Notes under the pieces: model-generated
Databases searched by the model: none
What the model was told of the DNA's origin: nothing
The model's input: only the letters and a program-made list of their open reading frames with translations
Shown: in pieces, positions 43,826 to 54,642 of the stretch
Numbering within the stretch: position 1 is the first letter of the stretch
Layout of the letters: every line of letters starts with the position of its first letter
NCBI GenBank assembly: GCA_030066775.1
Contig: JASJAY010000001.1
Coordinates: forward strand, 4,612 to 68,611
DNA: 64,000 bases
Direction: 5' to 3'
From: Planctomycetota bacterium
Lineage (GTDB): Bacteria; Planctomycetota; PLA2; JAEUHO01
Made by a program: the position numbers and the translations under genes

Positions 43826-44974
43826 TCACTCGTACCGGAAGCGTCGCACGGCCAGCCAGCCGATGGCGAGTGCGCCGAGGGCCAGCAGCAGTGTGTTGCC
43901 GACGGCGCTGGCGGGACCGGCGCGGTAGTTCACGAGCTGGTGCATCGCATCCATGGCCCAGCCCGTGGGCAAGACGGTCGCGAGGCTCTGCATCGCGGGC
44001 GAGGTGACCTCGATCGGCCACCAGCAGCCGCCGAGCGCCGCCAGGACGTTGGCGGTCAGCACGCCCAGGCCGATGGCCTGCGACGCCGTGCGCGCGATGC
44101 AGCCGAGCAGCAGGCCGAGAGACGCGCAGAAGGCGGCCCAGGCGACGAGCACGAGCGCCACCATCAGCACGTCCGGGCCCCAGTCGAGGCCGAAGATCAG
44201 GGCGCCGAAGAGCATGGCTACGGCCACCTGCACGAGTGCCAGGAGCATGCGGCCGGCCCACTTGCCGAGCACGATCTCCCCGCGCGAGATCGGGGTGGAG
44301 GCCAGTCGACGCAGCAGGCCTTGCTCGCGCTCCACGACGAGCGTGGACGTGCCCGACGTGAGGAGCACGATCATCGTGAACATCACGAGGATGCCGGGGA
44401 TCGCCTGGTCGAAGCCGGTCGGGATCCTGCGCCGCTCGCCGGCGGGCCGGCTTACGAGCGTCAGCGCACGGGGCTTCGCCGCCAGCCGCGCGAACGACGC
44501 GGGCGTCGGCTCTTCACCCGCCTCGGCCGCCGCGACGACGTCCGCGAGCAGCGTGTACACGGCGCGCACGAAGCGCACCTCGTCCAGCTGGCTCGAGAGG
44601 TCGACCTCCCGGCGCTCGAGGGAGAGCGGGGTCGGCGTGCCGCCGAGGACGCGCTCCGTAAACCCGTCCGGGATCTGCAGACGACGGCCGTGCGATGCGA
44701 ACGTCGTCTCGTCCTCGGTGCGAACGACCTCGAACCCGTTCTCGTCGAGCCGCCGCTCGAGCTCGGCCACCAGGAAGCCCGGCGAGCCCTCCGCGCGCAC
44801 GGCAAGCGGGCGCTTCGCCTCACCGCCGCTCGTGAAGCCGCCGCCGCCGATGACCGTGCCGATGAAGTAGAAGAACACGATCGGCATCACGAAGATCCAC
44901 AGCAGCGCCTCCTTGCCGCGGATCGCGTAGAGGAAGTCCTTCGTGGCGATGAAGCGGGCGCGCTCGAAGCTCAT
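43826..44974 (-). CDS. ABC-2-type transporter permease
   Basis: 382 aa, 6 TM, ABC-2 family pattern. 4 nt overlap with the upstream permease gene. Confidence 0.7.
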   Translation of the reverse strand: MSFERARFIATKDFLYAIRGKEALLWIFVMPIVFFYFIGTVIGGGGFTSGGEAKRPLAVRAEGSPGFLVAELERRLDENGFEVVRTEDETTFASHGRRLQIPDGFTERVLGGTPTPLSLERREVDLSSQLDEVRFVRAVYTLLADVVAAAEAGEEPTPASFARLAAKPRALTLVSRPAGERRRIPTGFDQAIPGILVMFTMIVLLTSGTSTLVVEREQGLLRRLASTPISRGEIVLGKWAGRMLLALVQVAVAMLFGALIFGLDWGPDVLMVALVLVAWAAFCASLGLLLGCIARTASQAIGLGVLTANVLAALGGCWWPIEVTSPAMQSLATVLPTGWAMDAMHQLVNYRAGPASAVGNTLLLALGALAIGWLAVRRFRYE

Positions 44975-46209
44975 GACGCCCTCGCAAACCGCTTCGACAG
45001 CGTGCGCGATGCGAGCGCGAACAAGAGCAGGCCAACCGCGAGCATGCCCAGCAGCGGGACCAAGAGCTCCGTGGGCGCGGTGCGTTCGAGCAAGAGGTCC
45101 TTGAGCTGCGCGACGGACCATCCGTTGGGCGTGAAGCGGCCGACGGCGGCAAGGCCCTTCGGCATCATCTCGGCGGGGAAGAAGCTGCCGCCGACCATCA
45201 AGAGCGGGAACGCGATCGCGTTGGTGAGGATCTGTCCGGCGCGCGGGGTCCGGGTGGCCATCTGGATCCAGCACATGAGCACGAGCAGCACGCCGCCCGT
45301 CACCGCGCACCAGACGACGGCCACCGGCAGCACGCGCCACGGCAGATCGAGATAGAACGTGCCGATCGCCATCAGTACGAGGGCGAGCACGCCCGCAATG
45401 ACGACGCCCGCCATCAGCTTGCCGGCGAAGAGGCCGCCGACGCCGCCCGGCGCGCTGACCGCACGGCGCAGCGTGCCCATGCTGCGTTCCCGCCACATGT
45501 CCTCGCTCAGACCCGTCGCGAAGAAGAGGAGAGCCATGAGCACGATGCCCGGCAGGAAGAGCACGGACACGTCGACGCTCGGCGCCTGTGCGTCGGTCGC
45601 CGTGTCGGCCTCCAGCACGGGCGGAAGCAGATAGCGCTCGACGCGGCGGAAGACGCCGTTCACCGCCACGCTGATGCGCGTGACCTCTTCGTCGCTCGGC
45701 GTGGCTTCGAGTCCGCCCATCTCGTCGACGATGCCGCGGATGTCATCGCCGACGATCCGCTGCATGTAGAAGACGACGTCGACGAGCACCCGGAGCGTCT
45801 CCTCGGCGATCTGGGGCAGGATCGACTGTGCGGGGTTGGTAACGAGCTCGAGCTCCGACGGCGTGTCCTCGAGGACCGCCTGTCCGAAGCCCTCGGGGAT
45901 CAAGAGCAGGGCGCTCGCCTCGCCTTCGTCGAGTCGTTTGCGACCTTCGTCCAGCGGGACGCGCTCGCTGTCGAGCACGCGCAGCTCCTCGCGCGCGAGC
46001 AGCCCCACGAAGAGCTCGCTCAAGAAGCTCCCGTCCTCGTCGGCAACGAGGAGCTTTGCGCGCGGCGGGGCCTCGCCGACGTCGCCGAACGCGAGCGTGA
46101 TGAGCGCGCCGATCAGGATCGGGATGCCCAGCCACAGCGCCAGCGCCATCGGATCCTTCGCTTGCCGCGACAGGTCCTTCGCGGCGGCGTGGAGCGCCAT
46201 GCGGCTCAC
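44971..46209 (-). CDS. ABC-2-type transporter permease
   Basis: 412 aa with an N-terminal TM, a large extracytoplasmic loop and a C-terminal TM bundle. Overlaps the ATPase gene by 4 nt. Confidence 0.7.
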   Translation of the reverse strand: MSRMALHAAAKDLSRQAKDPMALALWLGIPILIGALITLAFGDVGEAPPRAKLLVADEDGSFLSELFVGLLAREELRVLDSERVPLDEGRKRLDEGEASALLLIPEGFGQAVLEDTPSELELVTNPAQSILPQIAEETLRVLVDVVFYMQRIVGDDIRGIVDEMGGLEATPSDEEVTRISVAVNGVFRRVERYLLPPVLEADTATDAQAPSVDVSVLFLPGIVLMALLFFATGLSEDMWRERSMGTLRRAVSAPGGVGGLFAGKLMAGVVIAGVLALVLMAIGTFYLDLPWRVLPVAVVWCAVTGGVLLVLMCWIQMATRTPRAGQILTNAIAFPLLMVGGSFFPAEMMPKGLAAVGRFTPNGWSVAQLKDLLLERTAPTELLVPLLGMLAVGLLLFALASRTLSKRFARAS

Positions 46210-47135
46210 TCGCGCAGCTCCTTGCCCGTCAGCTTGATGAAGAGCGTCTCGAGGCTGGGCTCGGTCAGCGTGGTCTGGCGGATCTCGCTGCCCGCTGTGG
46301 TCAGCGCATCGAAGAGCGCCGGCAGCCGAGACGAGGCGTCGCGTAGCGCAAGCCGCAACGCGTCCGGCTCCACCTGCACGACCTCGACGTCGTCCACGGC
46401 GCCGAGCGCCTGCTCCACGGCGGCCGCATCGAAGTGCCCGGTGAGCTGCAGCAGGTCCCGCTCGCCGACCTGGCCGCGCAGCTCCTCGAGGGTGCCGTTC
46501 GCGATGAGCTTGCCGCGGTCGATGATCGCGAGGCGGTCGCAGAGCTGCTCCGCCTCCTCCATGTAGTGCGTCGTGTACAGCACCGTCGTGCCGTCGGCCA
46601 CGAGCGTCTTGACCATCTCGAACAGGCGCACGCGCGACTGGGGGTCCACGCCCACCGTCGGCTCGTCGAGCAGGACGACCTTGGGCCGGTGCACGATCGC
46701 GCAGCCGAAGTTGATGCGGCGCTTCATGCCGCCGCTGTACTGGCTCACCGGTTCCTTGGCCCGATCCGCGAGCCCCGTCGTGGCGAGCACGTCGCGCACG
46801 CGCGTCGTCAACGTGCTGCCGCGCAGCCCGTATGCCGCACCCCAGAACCGCAGGTTCTCGGTTGCGGAGAGATCCTCATAGAGCGCCATCTCTTGGGGTA
46901 CGACGCCTAACTGCTCGCGTGCGGCGCGACGCTCCACGACCACGTCCTTGCCGAGCACGCGCACGCGGCCGGCCGTGGGCTCGAGCAGACCGGAGATGCA
47001 GCCGATCGTGGTCGATTTGCCCGCACCGTTGGGTCCAAGCAGTCCGAAGATCTCGCCGGGTGCCGCCGTGAAGCTCACGTCGTCGACGGCGACGAAGCTG
47101 CCGTAGTGCTTCTCGAGTCGCTCGACGTCGATCAC
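46206..47135 (-). CDS. ABC transporter ATP-binding protein
   Basis: Walker A GPNGAGKST, signature YSGGMKRR, Walker B VVLLDEPT. Confidence 0.85.
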   Translation of the reverse strand: MIDVERLEKHYGSFVAVDDVSFTAAPGEIFGLLGPNGAGKSTTIGCISGLLEPTAGRVRVLGKDVVVERRAAREQLGVVPQEMALYEDLSATENLRFWGAAYGLRGSTLTTRVRDVLATTGLADRAKEPVSQYSGGMKRRINFGCAIVHRPKVVLLDEPTVGVDPQSRVRLFEMVKTLVADGTTVLYTTHYMEEAEQLCDRLAIIDRGKLIANGTLEELRGQVGERDLLQLTGHFDAAAVEQALGAVDDVEVVQVEPDALRLALRDASSRLPALFDALTTAGSEIRQTTLTEPSLETLFIKLTGKELRE

Positions 47136-47342
47136 CGTCGGCCCTCCCCGTGGCGCCTGGATCCTCGTTCGAACGAGAGCCTAGCAAAGCCCGAGAGCGC
47201 CGACCGTCCGGAATGACCGAACTCGTTTGCTCCATGGCGTCACGCGCTTGATCCGTTCATGCAGCAGCGCTAAGGTCGGCGCCCCGCGACATCGGGATGG
47301 GGGCTTTGATGTCGCAGTGCACGGGTTCGAGGGAGGGTCGTC

Positions 47343-48734
<1,392 letters not shown>

Positions 48735-48942
48735 TCCGACCGCGACCCGTTGTGTCCGGCCATTCGAGCCCACGCGGCAAGGTTCTGTTTCGAGATGCGG
48801 GCTAGGTGAAATTACGCAAAACGCGTGTAAGCACGCGGTCTGTGGAAACCCCATGGAGAAGCCTGCGGAGTCGCGTGGGCATTTGCGTTCCCACCAAGTG
48901 TTCCTGGGTTCCCAAAGTCGGAACCCCAACGCGCGAACGAGG

Positions 48943-49023
48943 TTGTGTGCACTGTGCACGAGCAATCCACAATTTGGGTGGGGTGTGTCGTGCTCACATG
49001 AGTCGCGTGCGCATTGTGCACAA
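48943..49023 (+). promoter_or_regulatory. Candidate enhancer (UAS): tandem and palindromic TGTGCAC sites
   Basis: ttgTGTGCACTGTGCACgag at 48943..48962 and cattGTGCACaagc (TTGTGCACAA, 10 bp palindrome) at about 49012..49025. These lie 90 to 170 bp upstream of the candidate -24/-12 element. A third TTGTGCAC sits at about 49195. Confidence 0.3.
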
Positions 49024-49113
49024 GCGAAGTGCATCGGGGCGCAAAGTGCGTGAAAACGTGGTTAACGGTCGATTGGCGGCCGCTCTCAAAAAAAGTGCGA
49101 AGTGGAGGAGCAT

Positions 49114-49129
49114 TGGTCCAGCCGTTGCT
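49114..49129 (+). promoter_or_regulatory. Candidate sigma-54 (-24/-12) promoter
   Basis: tGGtccagccgtTGCt. GG and GC are separated by exactly 10 nt with a TTGC -12 element (consensus TGGCAC-N5-TTGCW). An A-tract just upstream (caaaaaaag) could be an IHF/bending site. Confidence 0.35.
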
Positions 49130-49139
49130 CTCTACCTCC

Positions 49140-50440
49140 CGTCCGAAACGGACAACGATCTTTGACAGCACTGGCGATCGGACGAGACGACTAGTTGTGC
49201 ACCGATGAGTGGCGGTGCCGGGCAGCGGGCCCGGGATCTGCTGCTGCGCAACGGCGGGAAGTCGTGGATCGAGCGCACTTGTCAGACCCGACGCGCGCTG
49301 ACGAAGCGAAGGGGCAGCAATGTCCTGGAGCGGAAGCGGAGCGCGGACGTGATGACAAGGCGGAGCTGGTGGCAACACCGGCGCCCGGCGTGAACCACAT
49401 CCAATTCGTTGGCCTTCCTTTCCGCCGTAGCGGACGGAGCATCGTCTGCTGAAAGGTGAGAAACCTCACGAGAGCTGGGGGTCCGGAGACGGACCACCCG
49501 ACTCGCTCGAGCCCGAGACCCTGAGACCCGGATGGATAGGGACGTCACCCCATCCAAGGGTGCGAGGGGAGGCTCCGCGACCAAAGCGCGGGCCAGGTCG
49601 AGCGGGAGCACGCTCTGGAGAGGAACGGAACCTCAAGACGGGATCGGCGGCCGGAGCCGACGGGGGCTTGCCCCTGGACGCCCCGGTGCTGAACGGACTC
49701 GCCGCGGGAACAAGGCCCTGAAGGCGACTGCCGGCTAAAGCTCCACACCTCCGGGTGGCGGGGCGGCAGCTGGCGGCAACGGCAAGAGGGCAGGGACTCC
49801 GAGAGGAGCACCCATCGCGGTCGAGGGGAACCCCGTGAAGAGTGAAGCCCATGGGCGCTCCAGCGCGCTTGACGTGCTGGGAGGCGTGCGGTGCCGAAAG
49901 GTGCCGGGGGCCGCAAGGCCTAGTGGTGTACGCCGCGAAGGAGGTAGCCAAACCTCGCACGTGGCACGCGACGGCGGAGGGATCCGCCGTCATGACGCGG
50001 GACCACCGCGCTGACACTGTGCCGTAGGGCAGACAAAGTCCAGGAGAGGAAGCGAGGCTCCGAGCCCGGAGCGTGGCGCAAGCCGCGTGAACGGGGACGG
50101 GTCACGCCGACTCGCGAATGTCGTCCTCTGAAGGGGCGCGAAAGCGCATGGAGGGTCGCTCGAAGGCTTCGGCCGACGGGCAGCTCCACGATCGAAGACC
50201 CGAAGGGCGTTGAACGTCGAACGGGTAGGGCGGAACCCATAGCCGTCCTAGAGCGTGGAGCGTGTGTCCTCGAAGTGCCGCGGAACCCCATGAGAGGCAG
50301 CGAAGCCGGGCCGCAAGGTCCGGGGGAGCAGACACTGCGACTCGAAAACCTCTGGAGGACCGGAACAACTGGTCATCGACTCCGTCGTCAGGCTTCATCG
50401 GCCCGGGGCGTGGGCAACCACGCTCCGGGCTCTTTTCAAT
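49140..50440 (+). ncRNA. Candidate long (~1.3 kb) structured non-coding RNA
   Basis: No credible ORF in any frame. Very dense in short perfect hairpins with GNRA/CUUG loops, for example gtgag-aaac-ctcac (49458), ggtcc-ggagac-ggacc (49481), gggg-cttg-cccc (49664), ggcc-gcaa-ggcc (49908), gcgc-gaaa-gcgc (50136), ccgggcc-gcaa-ggtccgg (50305). Bounded by the candidate promoter and an intrinsic terminator. Confidence 0.3.
50401..50440 (+). terminator. Rho-independent terminator (plus strand)
   Basis: gcccggggcgtgg-gcaa-ccacgctccgggc, a 13 bp stem (one G.U) with a GNRA loop, followed by tcttttcaatt. Confidence 0.55.
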
Positions 50441-50751
50441 TGTGGACGCATCCGAGATCGAAACGCGCATGGATGCGGTACCGATGGGTGAGCACCATTG
50501 GCGATAGGGCGCCCACAAGGGGCGCCCCCTACTACCACATGTCATCGCGGTGGGGGGCACCACGCCGACGTCCAACGCGCCGATCGTCGTGAACGGCACG
50601 ACACACTTTCGTCGGCCATGCGTGATCGCGGGCGGTAGTAGGGGGCGGCCCTTGTGGCCGCCCTGGCGCCATGGGTGGCCTGCAACCCCGGGTTCCCATA
50701 CGCGTTTCGTCGGGTTGATGTTCGATCCACAGTGGCGTGGATCAACGCGCC

Positions 50752-51783
50752 CTACACGATGCCGAGGTCTTCGGACTCGTCCTTGTAGGCGCGACGCATG
50801 AGGGAGGTGACGACCTCGAGGGGCTCCTTGCCCTCGTTGATGACGAGGTACATCTCCTCGGTGATCGGACCCACGAGACCGTGCTTGTGGATGAGATCGC
50901 GGATTGCGCCCACGCTCTTCGCACCCTCGGCGACCTGCTGCATGCTGGCCATGATGTCCGTGACCTGCTCGCCGCGTCCGATGCGCTCGCCGAAGGTGCG
51001 GTTGCGGCTGGCCTTCGAGTAGCAGGTCGTCATCAGGTCGCCCAGACCGCTGAGTCCGAAGAAGGTCTCGCGCTTGCCGCCGAGCGCGACGCCGAGTCGC
51101 GCCATCTCGAGCAGCCCGCGGGAGACCAACGCCGCCTTCGCGTTGACCCCCAGGCGCATGCCGTCGCACATGCCGGCCGCCAGCGCGATGACGTTCTTGA
51201 GCACGCCGCCGAGCTCGACGCCGATGAGGTCGGGATTCGAGTAGGCGCGGAACGCATCGCCGGAGAGCGTCGCCTGGATGCGTCGCGAGAGATCGAGCGA
51301 GGCGCTCGACACGACCGTGGCCGCCGGCTTGCCCTCCGCAATCTCGCGCGCGATGTTCGGACCGGACAGGACCGCGATCGTGTGCTTCGGTCCGGCCACC
51401 TCCGCGAGCACCTGGGTCGGACGCATCAGCGTGCCCTGCTCGAGGCCCTTCGAGACGCTCACGATCGGCAGGTCCTCGGGGACGCTCTGCGCATGCTGCG
51501 CCCACACGTCGCGCAGGAACGTGGTGGGCACCGCCGAGATCAGCAGGTCCGCGCCGTCGACCAGGTCGGTGAAGCGGCTGCAGACCCGCACACCCTCGGG
51601 TAGGTCGAAGCCGGGGAGGTAGCGCGGGTTGTGCCGGCTCTCCTCCATCAGCGCCGCGTAGTGCGCGTCGTACGACCAGATCGCGACGTCGTGGCCCGCA
51701 GCGCGGAGCAGCATCGCCAGCGCGGTGCCCCAGCCGCCGTCGCCCACGACCACGATCTTCTCGAACGGTTGGACGGCGTTCAC
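50752..51783 (-). CDS. gpsA: NAD(P)H-dependent glycerol-3-phosphate dehydrogenase
   Basis: N-terminal Rossmann motif VVVGDGGWGTALA. GpsA-specific blocks (LSGPNIAREIAEGKPAATVV; GLSGLGDLMTTCYSKASRNRTFGERIG). Probable GTG start internal to ORF 50752..51912. Confidence 0.85.
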   Translation of the reverse strand: MNAVQPFEKIVVVGDGGWGTALAMLLRAAGHDVAIWSYDAHYAALMEESRHNPRYLPGFDLPEGVRVCSRFTDLVDGADLLISAVPTTFLRDVWAQHAQSVPEDLPIVSVSKGLEQGTLMRPTQVLAEVAGPKHTIAVLSGPNIAREIAEGKPAATVVSSASLDLSRRIQATLSGDAFRAYSNPDLIGVELGGVLKNVIALAAGMCDGMRLGVNAKAALVSRGLLEMARLGVALGGKRETFFGLSGLGDLMTTCYSKASRNRTFGERIGRGEQVTDIMASMQQVAEGAKSVGAIRDLIHKHGLVGPITEEMYLVINEGKEPLEVVTSLMRRAYKDESEDLGIV

Positions 51784-51811
51784 CGGCCCTCCCCGTGCGG
51801 AGCCGCGGGCG

Positions 51812-52501
51812 TCAGAGCTTCTGATCGGCGTCGCCGACCCGGCGCTCCGTGCCCCGCAGCACGCGCTGGATGTTGCTGCGATGACTCCACACGACGAAGC
51901 CCGCCATGACAAGCAAGAAGGCGAAGACGACGAAGCGTGCGTGGAAGGTGTCGGCGCCGTTGTCGAGCCAGTACGACAGCGGCATCATCACCATCGCCGC
52001 GATCGAGCCCATGCTCATGTAGCGGGTGATGCCCAGGATCATGCCCCACGCCCCGAGGCCGGCGAGGGACGAGAGCGGCGCGAGGGCCGTGACGACCCCG
52101 AACATGGTCGCGACGCCCTTGCCGCCGCGGAAGCGCAGATACGGCGTGAACACGTGGCCGAAGATCGCGGCCGTGCCGGTGATGACCTGCAGCGCGAGGC
52201 CTGTGCTCTCCGAGTCGAGCACGCGGCCGACGGCCGCGGCGGCCTCCACCGAGAAGAGCGCGACGAAGAGTCCCTTGCCGAAGTCGAGCGCGAACACGAC
52301 GACGAACATCGCGATCGAGCGCCAGCCGGACCACTGCCGGGCGCAGTTCGTGGCGCCCACGCCGCCGCTCCCGACCTTGCGCAGATCCACGCCCTTGAAC
52401 GTGCGCGCCATGATCCAGCCGAACGGAATGCCCCCGATGAGGTACGCAGCAACGGCGAGGAGGATCTCGGCGGTCGGCGTTCCCATGCTGATGAAGGCCA
52501 T
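51812..52501 (-). CDS. plsY: Glycerol-3-phosphate acyltransferase PlsY
   Basis: About 229 aa membrane protein with PlsY motifs (GSGGVGATNCAR; FRGGKGVAT). Lies upstream of and co-directional with gpsA. Confidence 0.8.
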   Translation of the reverse strand: MAFISMGTPTAEILLAVAAYLIGGIPFGWIMARTFKGVDLRKVGSGGVGATNCARQWSGWRSIAMFVVVFALDFGKGLFVALFSVEAAAAVGRVLDSESTGLALQVITGTAAIFGHVFTPYLRFRGGKGVATMFGVVTALAPLSSLAGLGAWGMILGITRYMSMGSIAAMVMMPLSYWLDNGADTFHARFVVFAFLLVMAGFVVWSHRSNIQRVLRGTERRVGDADQKL

Positions 52502-52674
52502 GCGGGCTCCTGTGTCCGTCGGGGGCGGACCGTCGTCAAGATACCCCTGACGTGACCGTTCGGCAGCCTCCAGGCCCAGTGCGTGAACACGACGGCCATT
52601 CCGGCCGGCCGATGGTGCCTGACACGGCGCGACGCTAGGCTCACACGCCACCTCAGGGAAGGAGACCCCGGCCC

Positions 52675-54642
52675 ATGCCGCCCGCGCATCCGATCCGGCT
52701 CGGCGTCGACACGGGCGGCACCTTCACCGACGTCGTCTGGACGGGGCCGTCGGGGCGCGGGGTGAAGAAGCTCGCGTCCACGCCCGACGATCCGGCCCGG
52801 GCCGTGCTCGACGGCGTGGCCGCGGTCACGGGCGCGCTCCCTGCCGGTACGCCGTACACGGTGCACCACGGAACGACCGTGGGCACGAACGCCGTACTGA
52901 CGCGCGGCGGGGCGCGGGTCGTGCTGGTGACCACCCGCGGCTTCGAGGCGCTGCTCGCCGTCGGGCGTGGTCAGCGCGAGGGACTGCACCGCATGGCCCC
53001 GCGTCGCGTCGCGCCGTTGGTCGAGGTCGCGAATTGCGTGGGCGCAGAGGAGCGCATGGGCGCCGACGCGCGTCCGGTCCAGTCGCTGACGTCGGCTGCC
53101 CTCGATCGGCTCGCCGCCGCGGTTGAACGCCGCCGGCCGGAGGCGGTGGCGGTGTGCCTGCTGCATGCGCCGCGCAACGCCGCACACGAGAGGCGGATCG
53201 TGAAGCGATTGCGCGACGTGTGCCCCTACGTGTACGCATCGGCCGCGAGCTCGCCCGACCCGCGCGAGGTGGAGCGTGCGACGACCACGGTGCTCGATGC
53301 CTACGTCGCGCCGCTGGTCGCGCGCTACGTCGCGTCGCTGGCCGACGCGCTGCCGCCGGACGCGCTGACGATCCTGCGTTCCGACGGCGGTCGCATGGCC
53401 GTCACCGAGGTGCGCGCGTCGCCCGTGCGGACGCTGCTCTCCGGACCGGCGGCCGGCGTTGCGGCAGCCCGCGTCCTCGCCGCGCGACACGGCTTGCCGC
53501 GCGTGCTCACGTTCGACGTCGGCGGGACCAGCACGGACGTCGCCTGGGTCGAGGGCGGCGCGGCGCCGCTCGGCTCCGAGCTGCACGTCGGCCCCTTCGC
53601 CGCGGGCGTGCCGTCCGTGCCCATCGAGACCGTCGGGGCGGGCGGCGGGAGCGTGGTGCGCGTCGACAGCGGTGGTGCGCTTCGCGTCGGCCCCGAGAGC
53701 GCCGGGGCGGCGCCGGGTCCCGCCTGCTACGGACGCGGGGGGCCCTTCGCGTTGACCGATGCGTGGCTCCTGCTCGGACGCATCCCCGACGCGCTGCTGG
53801 GCGGCGACTTCGCGCTCGACCGCGCCGCCGCACGCCGTGCCGCGGCACGCGTCGCGAAGGCCGCGGGCCTCAGCGTGCCGGCCCTCTGCCGCGGGGCCGT
53901 CGCCGTGGCGGCGACCACCACCGCACGCGCGCTGCGCCTCGCGTCCGCCGCCCGCGGCCACGATCCGCGCGATGCGGCGCTGCTCGCCTTTGGCGGTGCG
54001 GGTCCCGTGCTGGCGTGCGACACGGCCGATCAGCTCGGCATGCGCGACGTGCTGGTGCCCACCGATCCGGGCACGTTCGCCGCATCCGGTGCGCTGGCCG
54101 CCCCGCTGCGCGCGGACGCGTCTGCGCTGGCGCCCGCGAAGGGTGGCGAGACGGCGCTCGACCGCGTCGGCAAGCGGCTACGGCGCGAGGTGGAGACGCG
54201 GCTCTTGGCCGAGGGGGCGCGCGGGCCCTTGCGCTTCGTCGAGGAGGTCGACGCGCGCTACGCGGGGCAGGCCTTCGAGGTGACGGTCGCACGCGACGGG
54301 TGGCGCGAGCGGTTCCACGACCGCCACGAGGCGCGATACGGCTTCGCCGACGCGCGCCGCCCGGTCGAGTGCGTGCGCCTGCGTGTCCGCGCGGAAGGCG
54401 ACGACCATCCGGGCGCGCGGCCCTCGGACGCGCACGTGGCCGCGCCGCGCCACGTGCGGACGCGGCGCCTTGCGCGGGATGCGAAGGGGGTCGGCACCTG
54501 TGCCCGCAGCACCTTGTCGCCGGGCGATCGCGTGCGCGGGCCCGCGCGCATCGACGAGGTGTCCGGGACGAGCTTCGTGCCTGACGGATGGAGCGCCGTG
54601 TGCCTCGGCGACGCCGCGCTGCGGATCGGGAGGACGCGATGA
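52675..54642 (+). CDS. hyuA: Hydantoinase/oxoprolinase family protein, A subunit (N-methylhydantoinase A-like)
   Basis: N-terminal IRLGVDTGGTFTDVV and internal FDVGGTSTDVAWVE match the Hydantoinase_A family. 655 aa. Confidence 0.85.
   Translation: MPPAHPIRLGVDTGGTFTDVVWTGPSGRGVKKLASTPDDPARAVLDGVAAVTGALPAGTPYTVHHGTTVGTNAVLTRGGARVVLVTTRGFEALLAVGRGQREGLHRMAPRRVAPLVEVANCVGAEERMGADARPVQSLTSAALDRLAAAVERRRPEAVAVCLLHAPRNAAHERRIVKRLRDVCPYVYASAASSPDPREVERATTTVLDAYVAPLVARYVASLADALPPDALTILRSDGGRMAVTEVRASPVRTLLSGPAAGVAAARVLAARHGLPRVLTFDVGGTSTDVAWVEGGAAPLGSELHVGPFAAGVPSVPIETVGAGGGSVVRVDSGGALRVGPESAGAAPGPACYGRGGPFALTDAWLLLGRIPDALLGGDFALDRAAARRAAARVAKAAGLSVPALCRGAVAVAATTTARALRLASAARGHDPRDAALLAFGGAGPVLACDTADQLGMRDVLVPTDPGTFAASGALAAPLRADASALAPAKGGETALDRVGKRLRREVETRLLAEGARGPLRFVEEVDARYAGQAFEVTVARDGWRERFHDRHEARYGFADARRPVECVRLRVRAEGDDHPGARPSDAHVAAPRHVRTRRLARDAKGVGTCARSTLSPGDRVRGPARIDEVSGTSFVPDGWSAVCLGDAALRIGRTR

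Noticed and set aside
49195-49738. Small ORFs inside the candidate ncRNA (49195..49452, 49532..49738, 50275..50592)
   Set aside because: No RBS, Arg/Gly-rich composition, and several overlap each other in different frames. Most parsimoniously non-coding.
49140-50440. Known large RNAs (RNase P RNA, tmRNA, SRP RNA, group II intron, retron msr/msd, CRISPR array) as explanations for the structured region
   Set aside because: Checked by eye for RNase P P4/CR-II strings (only fragments such as aaagtcc and tagggcag, in the wrong order), the tmRNA tRNA-like 3' end, SRP domain IV, the group II domain V GAGC...GTACGG consensus, periodic repeats or spacers, and an adjacent RT gene. None is present. I cannot exclude a divergent family without a covariance-model search.
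50643-50670. Hairpin ggggcggcc-cttgt-ggccgccc as the gpsA intrinsic terminator
   Set aside because: No U/T-tract follows on the minus strand. Reported only as an unexplained structure.
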